This document shows positions 1-9,810 of a stretch of 64,000 bases of DNA, one piece after another. The stretch is from assembly GCA_024277725.1 (NCBI GenBank), contig JAJRUP010000097.1, positions 264-64,263 on the forward strand. The letters run 5' to 3'. Numbering within the stretch: position 1 is the first letter of the stretch; each line of letters begins with the position of its first letter. The position numbers were made by a program, and so were the translations under genes. Source of the DNA: a bacterium. GTDB lineage: Bacteria > CG2-30-53-67. The notes under the pieces are model-generated. The model worked only from the letters and a program-made list of their open reading frames with translations. It was not told the origin of the DNA and made no database searches.

Positions 1-1979
1 ATCGTAAGATAAGAATAAAGATCGTTCTGCTTCTTCTTTGTTCCCTGCTCATCCTCTCCATGGGGTGTGAGAACCGGGCGGAAAAGAGCACACGACACCG
101 GGAGAAGGGGATCGCCTATCTTCAGAAGGGGGACACACAAGGTGCCCTGCTCGAATTCAAGAACCTGGTGGAACTCGTACCGGAAAGTGGAGAAGCGCAC
201 TTCCTGCTTGGACAAGTTTACAGCCGGACGAAGAATTTCCATGCCGCATTCGACGAATATGAAGAAGCCATCTCAAAAGGGTGGAATACCTACGATCTCC
301 ACCTCCGGATGGCGGAGGCAAGCCACTTTCTTGGGAAAACCGAGCGGGCGGGGAAAGAGATCGGCATCTGTCTGCAGCAACGTAAAGACGACCCCATGAT
401 CTACCTTCTCTTAGGTATGATGGACGTTCAAAAACATGATCTTCGCAATGCGCACACACAATTCCAACATGCCCTAACGATCGACCCCGACTTTCAACCT
501 GCATTGCTTGAAGAGGGTCTACTCTATCTTCGGGAACATGCACTGGAGAAAGCGCTCTCATATCTGAACCAAGCGCAAAAGAATCAACCGGAAGATATCC
601 GACCCCTCATGGCCTTGGGGAATCTTTTCACTGAGGAGGGGAAGATCGATCAGGCACTGAGTGTCCTGCAGGCCGCTCGTGCCATCAAACCCGATTTTTT
701 CCCGGTCCATCTGAAACTCGGTGCATTGTACCTGAAGCAGGGGAAATATGATGACGCCATCTCAGAAGGAAAAGAAGCCCTTCACCTTGCTCCAAAGTCC
801 CTCAAACCACACTTCATCCTGGGTACCGGTTACTTCGGGCGGAAGGAATTCGATCAGGCGGAAAAAGAAATTCTCCTTTTCATACAAAATGATCCCCAAC
901 CCCCCCTTCCCTACCTGATCCTGGCAGAGATCTACCTGCAGGGACACAAGCTGCAACAGGCCCTTACCTATGCGCAGAAGACCCTGGAATACAGTCCGAA
1001 CCACTCCAAAGCTCATCTGATCGCCGGAATTTGCTCTCTCACTCAAAACTGGATGGAAGATGCCGTAAAACATTTCAAGGCGGTTACCGAGGTCGAACCG
1101 AAAAACATTCAGGCCCTGAATCTCCTCGCCATCAGTTATACAAAGGAAGGACGTCTGGATGAGGCCCTCGAAACCTTCAAAAAAGCCCTGACATTGAACC
1201 CGGATTCGCCGCAAACCCATGAAAACTTCGCCGATTATTACGGTTTCGTCGGCAACCTCGACCGAGCCATTGAGGAACTGCAAAAGAGCCTGGAACTGTC
1301 ACCGGACAGGATGGCGGCAGACATCCGGTTGATCCTCACCTACCTGAAAAAAGGAGATTACCCGAAGGCGATTGAAACGGGAAAACAGGGGCTGAAGAAG
1401 TACGGGGAGAATGCCGTCCTCTTCAATCTTCTCGGCGCAGCCTACGGGGGAAAGAAAGATACGGAAAAGGCCATCGCCTATTATGATGAGGCAATCAAGA
1501 AGAAAAAAGATTTTCTCGCTCCCTACCTGAACAAATCGAACCTGCTGAAGGAGTCGAATCGTCTCGATGAGGCGCTCCGCTGTTGCAGCCGGGCGGCAGA
1601 GGAGATCCCCGATCACCCCATGCCACATCTGTGCGCAGGGAAACTGTACACATCCATGGAGCAACCGGACAAGGCCATCGTAGAGTATAATCGGGCATTG
1701 GCGCTTGATGCCTCCCTTCTCAGTGCTCGTTCGCGCCTGGCGGAAATCTATCTGCAGCAACACGACCTGACGGCTGCCGCCAGGGAATTTCGGCAGATCC
1801 TCTCCCAGGCTCCGGAAGATGTTGCAGCTTTGAATAATCTTGCCTGGATCTATGCTGAAAAGGAGCAAAATCTTGCGGAAGCACTGGCAATGACGGAAAA
1901 GGCCGTACGGTTGAAACCGAACGAAGCCGGATTCCAGGACACTCTCGGTTGGGTTCTGTATAAAAAAGGTCAACTCTAA
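1..1979 (+). CDS. PEP-CTERM-system TPR-repeat lipoprotein (PrsT-like), 5' end outside window; the reading frame continues as TPR sequence past an in-frame TAA (1977-1979) to 2193
   Basis: 639-aa ORF made almost entirely of TPR repeats. In-frame sequence upstream of the annotated ATG back to base 3 encodes a hydrophobic signal ending ...LLILSMGC, which is lipoprotein-like, so the true start lies outside the window. The same frame after the TAA encodes 71 more TPR-like residues (AEEALKKALSRQPEEPEIHYHLGMVYWKEGNKDKAIQVLKKAL...). Confidence 0.6.
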   Translation, partial: RKIRIKIVLLLLCSLLILSMGCENRAEKSTRHREKGIAYLQKGDTQGALLEFKNLVELVPESGEAHFLLGQVYSRTKNFHAAFDEYEEAISKGWNTYDLHLRMAEASHFLGKTERAGKEIGICLQQRKDDPMIYLLLGMMDVQKHDLRNAHTQFQHALTIDPDFQPALLEEGLLYLREHALEKALSYLNQAQKNQPEDIRPLMALGNLFTEEGKIDQALSVLQAARAIKPDFFPVHLKLGALYLKQGKYDDAISEGKEALHLAPKSLKPHFILGTGYFGRKEFDQAEKEILLFIQNDPQPPLPYLILAEIYLQGHKLQQALTYAQKTLEYSPNHSKAHLIAGICSLTQNWMEDAVKHFKAVTEVEPKNIQALNLLAISYTKEGRLDEALETFKKALTLNPDSPQTHENFADYYGFVGNLDRAIEELQKSLELSPDRMAADIRLILTYLKKGDYPKAIETGKQGLKKYGENAVLFNLLGAAYGGKKDTEKAIAYYDEAIKKKKDFLAPYLNKSNLLKESNRLDEALRCCSRAAEEIPDHPMPHLCAGKLYTSMEQPDKAIVEYNRALALDASLLSARSRLAEIYLQQHDLTAAAREFRQILSQAPEDVAALNNLAWIYAEKEQNLAEALAMTEKAVRLKPNEAGFQDTLGWVLYKKGQL

Positions 1980-2191
1980 GAGGCCGAAGAGGCACTGAAA
2001 AAAGCGCTTTCCCGGCAACCGGAAGAACCCGAAATTCATTATCATCTCGGGATGGTATATTGGAAAGAAGGGAATAAAGACAAGGCGATACAGGTGCTGA
2101 AGAAGGCGCTGCGGATCGGCGGGAATTTCTACGATGTGGAGAATACCGAAAAGGCTTTGAAGGAGCTCAGCGACAACCGGCAGCACCGATA

Positions 2192-2222
2192 AAAAAGGCG
2201 TCCGCAATCACTGCAGACGCCC
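2192..2222 (-). terminator. Rho-independent terminator downstream of the PEP-CTERM gene (hairpin GGCGTCTGCA..TGCGGACGCC followed by a U-tract on the minus strand)
   Basis: A 10-bp stem with one mismatch at about 2198-2222. On the plus strand it is preceded by AAAAAA (2192-2197), which reads as a U6 tract following the hairpin on the minus strand. Confidence 0.5.
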
Positions 2223-2251
2223 ATTGAGAACAACAAGCCGGTCAAACCGTT

Positions 2252-2848
2252 TTATTCCCTGTTGAGTCGATATCTTCCATATCCGGCAACAGTGAGGAGA
2301 CTGATCCCGAACAAAAGCATGGTCGCCGGTTCGGGGATGGGAGCGGTCGATCCGCCGTCATCAACAATATCCTGACCCAAGAGATGCTTGGCAGTCCATT
2401 TCTGTTGCCAGTATCCCCCCTCATTCCAAAAGGAATCGAGACTCAACGCATCATCCAGCAAGGTATAATTCACTTGAAAGGAAAGGGTTTCCCCGGACAC
2501 AATGCCAACCGGATCAAATATAGTTTCTATATCATAATTGGGTCCCAGATGGATGGGAGGGGTAAAATGCCATCCCGGGGTCTGGCTGCCGTAAACCGGT
2601 GTCGTATGGGCAAGATCAAAGACATCTCCTTCAAAATGAAGCTGAATTTTGAAGGCCTTGCCTGCAGAGACTTCCGTCAGGTTCTTAAAATAATACGTCG
2701 CCGTACCTGCGGTTGTTGTTCCCAGATCGTATCCACTACCGAACCCCGGATCGACATACCCCAACACCGGGAAAGCAAAAAGATCGGGAGCAACCAAAAA
2801 TATTGCCAGCAAACCCCCCACAAGGACTTTCCGTGTTTTATGCAGCAT
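2252..2848 (-). CDS. PEP-CTERM sorting-domain protein (exosortase substrate) with N-terminal signal peptide
   Basis: The N-terminus MLHKTRKVLVGGLLAIFLVAPDLFA is signal-peptide-like. The C-terminus ...PIPEPATMLLFGISLLTVAGYGRYRLNRE shows PEP, then a TM helix, then an Arg-rich tail. A GAGGAGG ribosome-binding site lies 7 nt upstream of the ATG. Confidence 0.85.
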   Translation of the reverse strand: MLHKTRKVLVGGLLAIFLVAPDLFAFPVLGYVDPGFGSGYDLGTTTAGTATYYFKNLTEVSAGKAFKIQLHFEGDVFDLAHTTPVYGSQTPGWHFTPPIHLGPNYDIETIFDPVGIVSGETLSFQVNYTLLDDALSLDSFWNEGGYWQQKWTAKHLLGQDIVDDGGSTAPIPEPATMLLFGISLLTVAGYGRYRLNRE

Positions 2849-2927
2849 TTCTCTTACCTCCTCTACCGACTTTAACTTTAATAACGATAAACCAAGTTAA
2901 AACTTCCGTATCACAGCTTTCTTGATA

Positions 2928-2943
2928 TGCATAATTAATGCCA
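2928..2943 (-). promoter_or_regulatory. Sigma-54 (-24/-12) promoter candidate for the PEP-CTERM gene
   Basis: The minus strand reads TGGCAT-TAATT-ATGCA, compared with the consensus TGGCAC-N5-TTGCW. GG and GC are at the correct 10-nt spacing, and the site lies about 70-95 nt upstream of the ATG at 2848. Confidence 0.5.
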
Positions 2944-3240
2944 ACAGCAAATAAAACCTCATAACACATTGTTTTTCAAAGGAACATTTCCACAACCCCC
3001 GACGGAACATCTCTCCCCATCCGGGATGCGGACGGCATTCCTGTATGGAATTCCGACAGTTCCGGGCAACAAATCGGTCTATTAAAAGATATTACTTTAA
3101 AATCAATGAGTTATTAATGAAAGAAAATCCTACATATCCGGAAGTTTTTTGGTACGCAGGGGCGCGGATCGGAACCGGAAATTCGGAATACCGGACGGAG
3201 TCGACTCCATTATCTCTGTTTAAAACGAAGGATGCATTGA

Positions 3241-4281
3241 TTATTCCCGAGCGGGTACACCCGTAAGGGATTTCCGGAGTTTCTCCAGATGGGAGATCAC
3301 TTTTCTTCCCCGGTCGGATTCACCCGGCGGGAGGAGCCGGAGAAAGGTCTGATAACTGTAGACCGCTTCGATGCCGCGGCCTTGGGCCTCAAGCGTCCGG
3401 GCAAGATTGAAATGAATGCGGTAATCCTGCGGGGTAAGCTGCAAAGCACGACGGTAGGCATTTCCCGCTGCATCCGGTTTCCCGGCCCGCCCCTCGGCAA
3501 CGCCCAGATTGGTCCAGGCGGCGGCATCTTCCGGATGGTCTGCAACAATTTTCTCCAGGAAAGGTACGGCACGTTCAGGCTCCCCCCGTTTGATGTAGAG
3601 CAAGGCGAGGTTGTTCAAACAACGGACCGAGTCCGGTTCGATGACGATTCCTTTCCGGAAGGCCTCCTCGGCGGCCTCTCCTTCCCCCATTTCCATCAAG
3701 GCCAGTCCGAGATTGTTATAGGCCCGGACATCAAGAGGGTTGATGGAAAGGGTTCGATTGAAGTTCAGGACGGCTTCCAGAAAATCTCCGTTTTCCAGCG
3801 CTTCCACCCCCCGGTTAAAGGTCGACAGTTCCAGCACTTTACGGGAAGTCTTTTCTGAGACCCCGGATGTCTGCGGCTTTGCTGCAGGGATTTGCGGGTG
3901 TGAGAGGGGTTCCCCGGCGACTGCAGGCGGAGCGGATGGGACTTCCTGTTGTGGAATCGTCGCCGAAGGGGAAACACCCTTTGAAACGCCGGCATGGACC
4001 GCTTCGGTCCGGTCCGGGGTCACAACGTTTTTCGATTCCGGAACAACGGCTTTTCCCTCCTCCCGGACAACTGCAGGTGGTGATGGAATGAGGGGCGTAT
4101 CCGCACTTGTCAGTTTTTCTTCCGGAACGGGTGGAAAGAGGAGCTTCAGGGCGACCACGACAAGGAGGAGCAGGAACGTGAGCCCTCCATAGGTCCACAG
4201 CCGTTTTTTGTGCAGGAAGGAATGTCCGGCAATCCGATCTTCTCCCCCCGGTGGGGTCAGTGTCGCTTCTTCGGTGTTCAT
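3241..4281 (-). CDS. TPR-repeat protein with N-terminal TM anchor and Pro-rich linker (possible secretin-associated PilF/Tgl-like factor)
   Basis: N-terminal TM segment GGLTFLLLLVVVALKLLF, a Pro/Ala-rich spacer, then C-terminal TPR repeats (AYNNLGLALMEMG..., CLNNLALLYIKRG..., AWTNLGVAEGRAG...). It is the last gene of the pilus/secretion operon, downstream of the secretin. Confidence 0.55.
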   Translation of the reverse strand: MNTEEATLTPPGGEDRIAGHSFLHKKRLWTYGGLTFLLLLVVVALKLLFPPVPEEKLTSADTPLIPSPPAVVREEGKAVVPESKNVVTPDRTEAVHAGVSKGVSPSATIPQQEVPSAPPAVAGEPLSHPQIPAAKPQTSGVSEKTSRKVLELSTFNRGVEALENGDFLEAVLNFNRTLSINPLDVRAYNNLGLALMEMGEGEAAEEAFRKGIVIEPDSVRCLNNLALLYIKRGEPERAVPFLEKIVADHPEDAAAWTNLGVAEGRAGKPDAAGNAYRRALQLTPQDYRIHFNLARTLEAQGRGIEAVYSYQTFLRLLPPGESDRGRKVISHLEKLRKSLTGVPARE

Positions 4282-5912
4282 GGTCGCCTCATGGACAGGC
4301 CGGGCGCCGTTTCACTGGAGAAGGAAATGACATCCGGGCTTCTGCCGACGGTTACGGCCGGTTGCAACAGAATCACAAGTTCCGTATTCTCTTTTTCCTC
4401 CTCTATGCGCTGGAAGAGCTTCCCCAGGACCGGGAGATCCCCCAATACCGGAACGGAGGTAACTGTTTTATCGGTTTTCTCCCGCATCAGACCGGCAATG
4501 ACGATGGTTTCGCCGTCTTTGACCCGCACCATGGTATCAACCTCACGGACGTCGAGGACGGGCGCATTGGCGAGGATGTCGGCGCCGACGGCACCGGGGG
4601 GAAAGGTCTTTTCCTCGATGAATTCGGTGATGCTGGGATGAATGTTCATGATGATCTCCCCGGTCCGGGAGATCTGGGGCGTTACGTCGAGGACCACACC
4701 GATGGTGTAGTCTTCACGCTCAACGGTAAAGTTTTCCTGCAGTACGCCCCCTTCGGAATTGACCTCCTTCTGGAGGGTGAAGAAGGTATCCTCCCGTCCC
4801 GCCTTGATGATCGCCTTCTGGTTGTTCAGGGTGGAGATCCGCGGACTGGAGAGGACATGAATCTTTCCCTGTGTGGCGATCATGTCGAGGAGGAGGGAGA
4901 TATCCCCCTTGGTGGCGCCGATCTGGAAAAACCCGGTATCGGGACTCAGGTTCTGGACCACCGAGGCGGGCTGCGGCTGGGTCTCCGCCAGACCGGTGGT
5001 CAGGTTCCCCACGAAGGAGCCCCGCAGGTTAGGCACCCCCGCCCAATCGATCCCGGCCTTGAAGGTATCGGAAAGAGTAACTTCGATGATCTTGGCCTGG
5101 ATCATGACCTGCCGCTGGATCGATCCTTCCACCGCTTCCAGAAAATCGGCAATCTCCATCAGCTTTTCCGGCAGCGCCGTGACGAGGATGGTTCCGGAAT
5201 GCTCGTTGATTACGAGTCTTTGTCCCTCTCCCTCTCCTGCGCCTCCTTCTTCGCTACTGCCGAACAGAATCACATTGAGTCCCTGGCGAATCTCTTCCCA
5301 GAGGGCCACCTTGTTCGTCGACTTGACCGTTCCATAGTCTCCCGAAGAGGTATCTTCTCCGCCTCGCCCACCACTGCTGACGATCAGCCCCGTTTCCCCG
5401 GTCCGGGTGGCAGTGATATAATTCAGGGTAAAGACCCGCGTTTCCATCCGGGGACGGATTACTTCAATGGTATTTTTCCGGATTGTATATTCCAGATGAA
5501 GGGGGGAGAGGATCGCCTGCAGGGCATCTCCCATGGTCACCTCTTTCAGGTCGATCGTAACCGTGTCATCAATGGCGGGATCGACAATCACATTGTAACG
5601 GCTGTCCCGGGCCAGGACCATGAGCACATCCTTGAGCTTCGTGTCCTGAACGGCGATGGAAAACCGTTCCCCTCCAATCCCCTTCATGGACTGCTTCTTA
5701 TCCATCTGCGGAAGGAGGTACTCGTCCAGAGGGGCAGCCTGAACCTTCGGCGGCGGCGCATACTGTTCCATGAGACCGGGTTTTTCGACCTCCTGTCCAC
5801 CGGCGGCACACCCCCAGAGCAGGAGGAGTACAACCCCAAACATTTTTCCGTATGTATTTTTCAAGAGGTTCCCTCCTTTGCGTTTACGGGGTTGCCCCCC
5901 CTTCCAGTGCAA
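4278..5912 (-). CDS. Secretin (GspD/PilQ family), probable lipoprotein
   Basis: Conserved C-terminal secretin domain (VVLDVTPQISRTGEIIMNIHPSITEF...). The N-terminal signal has LLLLWGC. The likely true start is the Met at about 5843 (MFGVVLLLLWGCAAG). Confidence 0.8.
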   Translation of the reverse strand: MHWKGGQPRKRKGGNLLKNTYGKMFGVVLLLLWGCAAGGQEVEKPGLMEQYAPPPKVQAAPLDEYLLPQMDKKQSMKGIGGERFSIAVQDTKLKDVLMVLARDSRYNVIVDPAIDDTVTIDLKEVTMGDALQAILSPLHLEYTIRKNTIEVIRPRMETRVFTLNYITATRTGETGLIVSSGGRGGEDTSSGDYGTVKSTNKVALWEEIRQGLNVILFGSSEEGGAGEGEGQRLVINEHSGTILVTALPEKLMEIADFLEAVEGSIQRQVMIQAKIIEVTLSDTFKAGIDWAGVPNLRGSFVGNLTTGLAETQPQPASVVQNLSPDTGFFQIGATKGDISLLLDMIATQGKIHVLSSPRISTLNNQKAIIKAGREDTFFTLQKEVNSEGGVLQENFTVEREDYTIGVVLDVTPQISRTGEIIMNIHPSITEFIEEKTFPPGAVGADILANAPVLDVREVDTMVRVKDGETIVIAGLMREKTDKTVTSVPVLGDLPVLGKLFQRIEEEKENTELVILLQPAVTVGRSPDVISFSSETAPGLSMRRP

Positions 5913-6369
5913 TCATTACGCCGTCTCCTCCGCCGGAAAGGATCACTCCCTTCGGTTCGATCCGGAGAATCTTGCGGCCGTAGACCTCTTCCCCCTCCCG
6001 GTAAATTTCGCCGTTCAGCAAGGCAATCCGACGCTCCCCGCTCAACAGGACCGCCTTGAGACGGGGCAATACATTGTCACGTCCCGTCGCGTCCGGGGCC
6101 GTTGCCGCACGCTCTTCCCCCGCCGGCACAAAGGGATTGCGCCCCAATCCCCCTAAAAACCGCAACCGGGCGGCGGCGGAAAGTCCGGAAGGTCGATGCT
6201 CTTCTTCTTTCGCCGCAGACCGGGTGTCTTCTTTCTCCACGAAGAGGGGTGTCGCCATCACCTGCCGAGTCATTGTTCGTGCCCGTTGCCGGAAAAAAGT
6301 ATAATTCCGGTAGACGGCAAAGAGAACCGCCGTACCGAGAAGAAAAAGAAAGACCTTGCTACGCAGCAT
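5884..6369 (-). CDS. PilP/GspC-like small periplasmic pilus/secretion assembly protein
   Basis: N-terminal signal/TM segment. The C-terminal beta-rich segment KAVLLSGERRIALLNGEIYREGEEVYGRKILRIEPKGVILSGGG resembles the PilP/GspC HR domain. Position between the PilO-like gene and the secretin supports the call. Confidence 0.45.
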   Translation of the reverse strand: MLRSKVFLFLLGTAVLFAVYRNYTFFRQRARTMTRQVMATPLFVEKEDTRSAAKEEEHRPSGLSAAARLRFLGGLGRNPFVPAGEERAATAPDATGRDNVLPRLKAVLLSGERRIALLNGEIYREGEEVYGRKILRIEPKGVILSGGGDGVMIALEGGATP

Positions 6370-6991
6370 CGGGCTTCTCCCCGGGGTCGGTGAAATAATA
6401 AAGTTCCATCTTCATCTCCACGGATAACCCGTTGGACGTCTTTTTAAGACGCACCTCCCGGATATCGATCAACCGCTTTCCTTCCCGAAGGGATTTGAGA
6501 AAGTGATAGAGGGTACGATAGGCACACCGGAACTGTATCTTGACCGGAATTCCGTACAGCACATGGGAGTCCGTATCTATCGGGACGGGCAATGCCCCGA
6601 GTGATGAACGAGTAAGGACTTCTTCCATGTTGATCTGCTCCACCGCACCCCTGAAATAAGATATCTCGTCAATTCCCAGGGATCGTCCCACCTCTTTCAG
6701 ATTTTCCAGATAGGTGTAAAACCCATCCCTCTCGGGAAGCATTTTCCGATCCTTAGCATCCCGTGCATCGAGCATACGGATCCGCTCCGGCGACAGGGTC
6801 TCCAACTCCTGTGAAACCTGTTCCATCTCTTTGCCCAGTCTTTTCATTCTTTCCTGCAACGCTCTCCATTCCCGAACCTTGGGGACGATCAGTACCATGA
6901 CCAGGATCAGGATCACCAGACCCGGAAGGGCCATCTGCACCAGGTTCTGGTGTTCATTCATCCATTGTTTCACGCCCGCCCTCTGTGCCAT
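6359..6991 (-). CDS. PilO/GspM-like inner-membrane pilus assembly protein
   Basis: TM helix LPGLVILILVMVLIV, a coiled-coil region, then a conserved C-terminal PilO-like fold. The start is chosen at MAQRAGVKQW, just downstream of the PilM/N stop; the ORF track extends further upstream and overlaps PilM/N. Confidence 0.55.
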   Translation of the reverse strand: MAQRAGVKQWMNEHQNLVQMALPGLVILILVMVLIVPKVREWRALQERMKRLGKEMEQVSQELETLSPERIRMLDARDAKDRKMLPERDGFYTYLENLKEVGRSLGIDEISYFRGAVEQINMEEVLTRSSLGALPVPIDTDSHVLYGIPVKIQFRCAYRTLYHFLKSLREGKRLIDIREVRLKKTSNGLSVEMKMELYYFTDPGEKPDAA

Positions 6992-6995
6992 GGGG

Positions 6996-8591
6996 TTATT
7001 CTCCGACGATTTCAAACCGGATTTTCCGCAGCACGGCAGAAGCGATTCGGACCCGTCCCGATTCCCCCTGATCGGCGCCGGGGCCAAGCCGTCCACGGAC
7101 GTTCCGGAAGAGTCCCGACCTCTTACACCGGTCCAGAAAGTCATCAAGGACGGACTCACCACCGGAATAATCGTGCAACACGATCCAACCCGACAGTTTC
7201 ATGGAAAAAGGGCCTCTCCCCCCCTGCACCACTAACTGATCGAGAACAACCGGGTCCGGCGTGTACAGACTCAGGGCCGCCAGAACATCCTCAGGAGGAA
7301 TCGAAGCAGGTGCCAGCCCCTGACAGATCGCCCGACGCAACAAACGGTCGGCTTGGGCCTGAAACATCCGGCGAACCCCCTGAAATCGGTCATCCACCTT
7401 GGCATAACCCTGTTGTAATCCACGCACCTCCAGTCGATCATGATGTACCTTCCAGGAAAGCTGCACATAGAGAAAAAGCACCAGGACCGCCGCCGCCGCA
7501 TAGGCGATCTTGGCGACCCGCTGGGCGGATCTTTTCCTCCATCGCAACTGCAGATCCAGGGGAAGGAGATTTGCCGTGGAAAAAATCGATGGACTTTTGG
7601 CCACACCCACAGGAAGATCGTATTCGCCCTCCTCCCGAGGTGCCGGTGCACAGGCAGGGGGGCGAGTCATCCCCGGCAATTCATCGAGGACCGTCAACGG
7701 CAGTTTCAGGTGCCGCTTCAGATCCTCCGCCAGATGGGGCACGTTCCCCCCTTCACCGGTCAACCAGATCTGTTCAATGGATTTCTTGTGTTGCTGCTTC
7801 ACATAGAGAAAGGAGCGATTGATTTCGGTGCAGAGACGTTCGAAAGGATCGTCCCCCTCTCCTGCAATCTCTTCGGCAACGGTGGTGATCTCCATGGCCT
7901 CCCCGCCCTCATGGAGGGGAGTAGATACGTCCACAGCGGACGCCCCTTCGAACTGTGAGAAATCAATCTCTTTCTTGATCATCCGGGAAAACAGAAAATG
8001 TTTGCCCTGAGTCACGATAAGATCAACACCGACGCGGGTGACATGGAGACGGGCCACCGTCTCCTCCGTTCCGAGGATCAAATCGGCCGAAGGAGCGATC
8101 GTCTGTACAAAGGGGATGGTCAGGAGATAATGAGGAACCAGCCCGGCACTCTCCATGAGCGAAACGGCATTCTGCACCGCCTCCACGGGTACCGCCGCTG
8201 CGATCACCTCGATTTTCGGGACCCCTTCCTGACGGTAATGGGTATTGATTTTGTAGACAGTCCGGGTATCCTGACGAACACCGAAGGCTTTGCCGGCCTC
8301 AAAGGGGATCACGGCATCGATTTCCTTTTGTGTCATCTTCGGCAGGGCGAAAGCCCGGTGGAGAATACGGGCATCGTGGAGAACCATGCCGGCGGCCATT
8401 CCGGCAAGGCCGTGGTCGCGGACGGATGCGGCCAATGCCTGCCGAACCGCCTCGGGATGATCCGAAGGCGCCTCAACCCGGAAGAGCCCTTCCAGGCAGG
8501 ACTTCTTTCGCGACCGCCGGAGGACGGCCAGGCGAATCGCATTTCCGCTCACCTCGATACCGACAACCGGTGCTGATGAAAAAAGATTCAC
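6996..8591 (-). CDS. PilM-PilN fusion protein (actin-like ATPase PilM N-domain plus PilN-like TM/periplasmic domain)
   Basis: The N-terminus MNLFSSAPVVGIEVSGNAIRLAV is typical of PilM/FtsA-like proteins. Around residue 340 there is a TM segment (VAKIAYAAAAVLVLFLYVQL) followed by a PilN-like C-terminal region. The total of 531 aa is much longer than a solo PilM. Confidence 0.65.
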   Translation of the reverse strand: MNLFSSAPVVGIEVSGNAIRLAVLRRSRKKSCLEGLFRVEAPSDHPEAVRQALAASVRDHGLAGMAAGMVLHDARILHRAFALPKMTQKEIDAVIPFEAGKAFGVRQDTRTVYKINTHYRQEGVPKIEVIAAAVPVEAVQNAVSLMESAGLVPHYLLTIPFVQTIAPSADLILGTEETVARLHVTRVGVDLIVTQGKHFLFSRMIKKEIDFSQFEGASAVDVSTPLHEGGEAMEITTVAEEIAGEGDDPFERLCTEINRSFLYVKQQHKKSIEQIWLTGEGGNVPHLAEDLKRHLKLPLTVLDELPGMTRPPACAPAPREEGEYDLPVGVAKSPSIFSTANLLPLDLQLRWRKRSAQRVAKIAYAAAAVLVLFLYVQLSWKVHHDRLEVRGLQQGYAKVDDRFQGVRRMFQAQADRLLRRAICQGLAPASIPPEDVLAALSLYTPDPVVLDQLVVQGGRGPFSMKLSGWIVLHDYSGGESVLDDFLDRCKRSGLFRNVRGRLGPGADQGESGRVRIASAVLRKIRFEIVGE

Positions 8592-8594
8592 CGT

Positions 8595-9800
8595 TTATCC
8601 TCCGGCCACACTCATCATCTTGTAGAGGGGCAAAAAAACCGACATGGCAACAGTCCCGACGACACCGCCTAAAAGCAGGATGATTAAGGGCTCCATAACC
8701 CCGAAGACCTTCTTGACCGTCATGGGGACCTCCCGGTCGTAGAAACCACTGAGTTTTCCCAGGGTGAAATCGAGACTCCCCGTCTCCTCTCCGATAGAGA
8801 CCATCCGGAGAAAAAGAGGCGGAAAAAGTCCCGTCTCCCGCATCGACACGGCAAGGCCTCGCCCTTCCTGTACCCTCTGCCGAACCTCCACAACGGCCTT
8901 CTCAAAGACCCGGTTGCCCGTGGTCTTTTCCATCAATTCCAAAGCATGGATGATATTGACACCGGAGCGGTAGAGGGAACTGAAGGTATGGGCGAAGCGC
9001 GCCAGGATGATCTTATGATTCAGACTGCCGAAAACGGGGACCATCAGTTTGACCCGGTCGTAGGCAACACGGGTGGCCGGAATCCTCTTGATCAACCGCA
9101 GGGCAAGGATCAACAGAATCAATCCGCCCAGAAGAAAATCCCAGGAATGGACCATGAAACCGCTGATGGCGATGATGATCTTGGTCGGGAGAGGAAGGGC
9201 AACATTACTCTTTTCGAAAATCACGAGAAACTTCGGAAGTACGACGGTAAAGATCAGGGCCACCAGACCGGCGATAGCCCAGAAGACAATGATGGGATAG
9301 AGCGTCGCCTGCTTGATCTGCCCCATCAGTTCCTCCTGCCACTCCAGATAGGTGATCAGGCTCTGGAAGGATTCCTCCATCTTTCCCGTACTCTCTCCGG
9401 CGGAGATCATCGCCACGTACAATTCAGAAAAAACCTGGGGATATTCTCCCATGGCGCTGGAAAGAGAAAGACCGGCCTCGATATTCCGGTGGATGTCTTC
9501 AATGACCTGGCGGAAAAAACCGGTTTCCGTCTGCTCCAGCAGGTCCTGCAGACCGGCAAGAATCGGGACTCCCGAGGAGAGAATCGTACCGAGATGAACG
9601 GTAAAGGTGATCAGGTCTTTCCGGCTGACTTTTTTCTTTGCGATCAGGGAGGCATTCTTCTTTAATTCGAACCCCGTGGGATAACACCCGATACCGGAAA
9701 GCTTCGCATAGAGATCTTCCGGATTCACGGCAGCCATGACTCCATTGATGACCTTTCCCTTTGTATTGCGCGCTTTATATTGGTACTCCGGCATCTTCAA
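8595..9800 (-). CDS. Type II secretion / type IV pilus platform protein (GspF/PilC family)
   Basis: 401 aa with three TM regions and duplicated GspF-domain motifs (e.g. TGKMEESF, ETGSLDFTL). Confidence 0.85.
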   Translation of the reverse strand: MKMPEYQYKARNTKGKVINGVMAAVNPEDLYAKLSGIGCYPTGFELKKNASLIAKKKVSRKDLITFTVHLGTILSSGVPILAGLQDLLEQTETGFFRQVIEDIHRNIEAGLSLSSAMGEYPQVFSELYVAMISAGESTGKMEESFQSLITYLEWQEELMGQIKQATLYPIIVFWAIAGLVALIFTVVLPKFLVIFEKSNVALPLPTKIIIAISGFMVHSWDFLLGGLILLILALRLIKRIPATRVAYDRVKLMVPVFGSLNHKIILARFAHTFSSLYRSGVNIIHALELMEKTTGNRVFEKAVVEVRQRVQEGRGLAVSMRETGLFPPLFLRMVSIGEETGSLDFTLGKLSGFYDREVPMTVKKVFGVMEPLIILLLGGVVGTVAMSVFLPLYKMMSVAGG

Positions 9801-9810
9801 ACCTCACGGA

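Noticed and set aside
3045-3240. AT-rich 360-bp spacer upstream of the PEP-CTERM gene scanned for tRNA, sRNA or GEMM-like elements
   Set aside because: No cloverleaf-compatible T-arm/anticodon pattern and no conserved riboswitch boxes were found. It was kept only as the promoter/UAS region of the PEP-CTERM gene.
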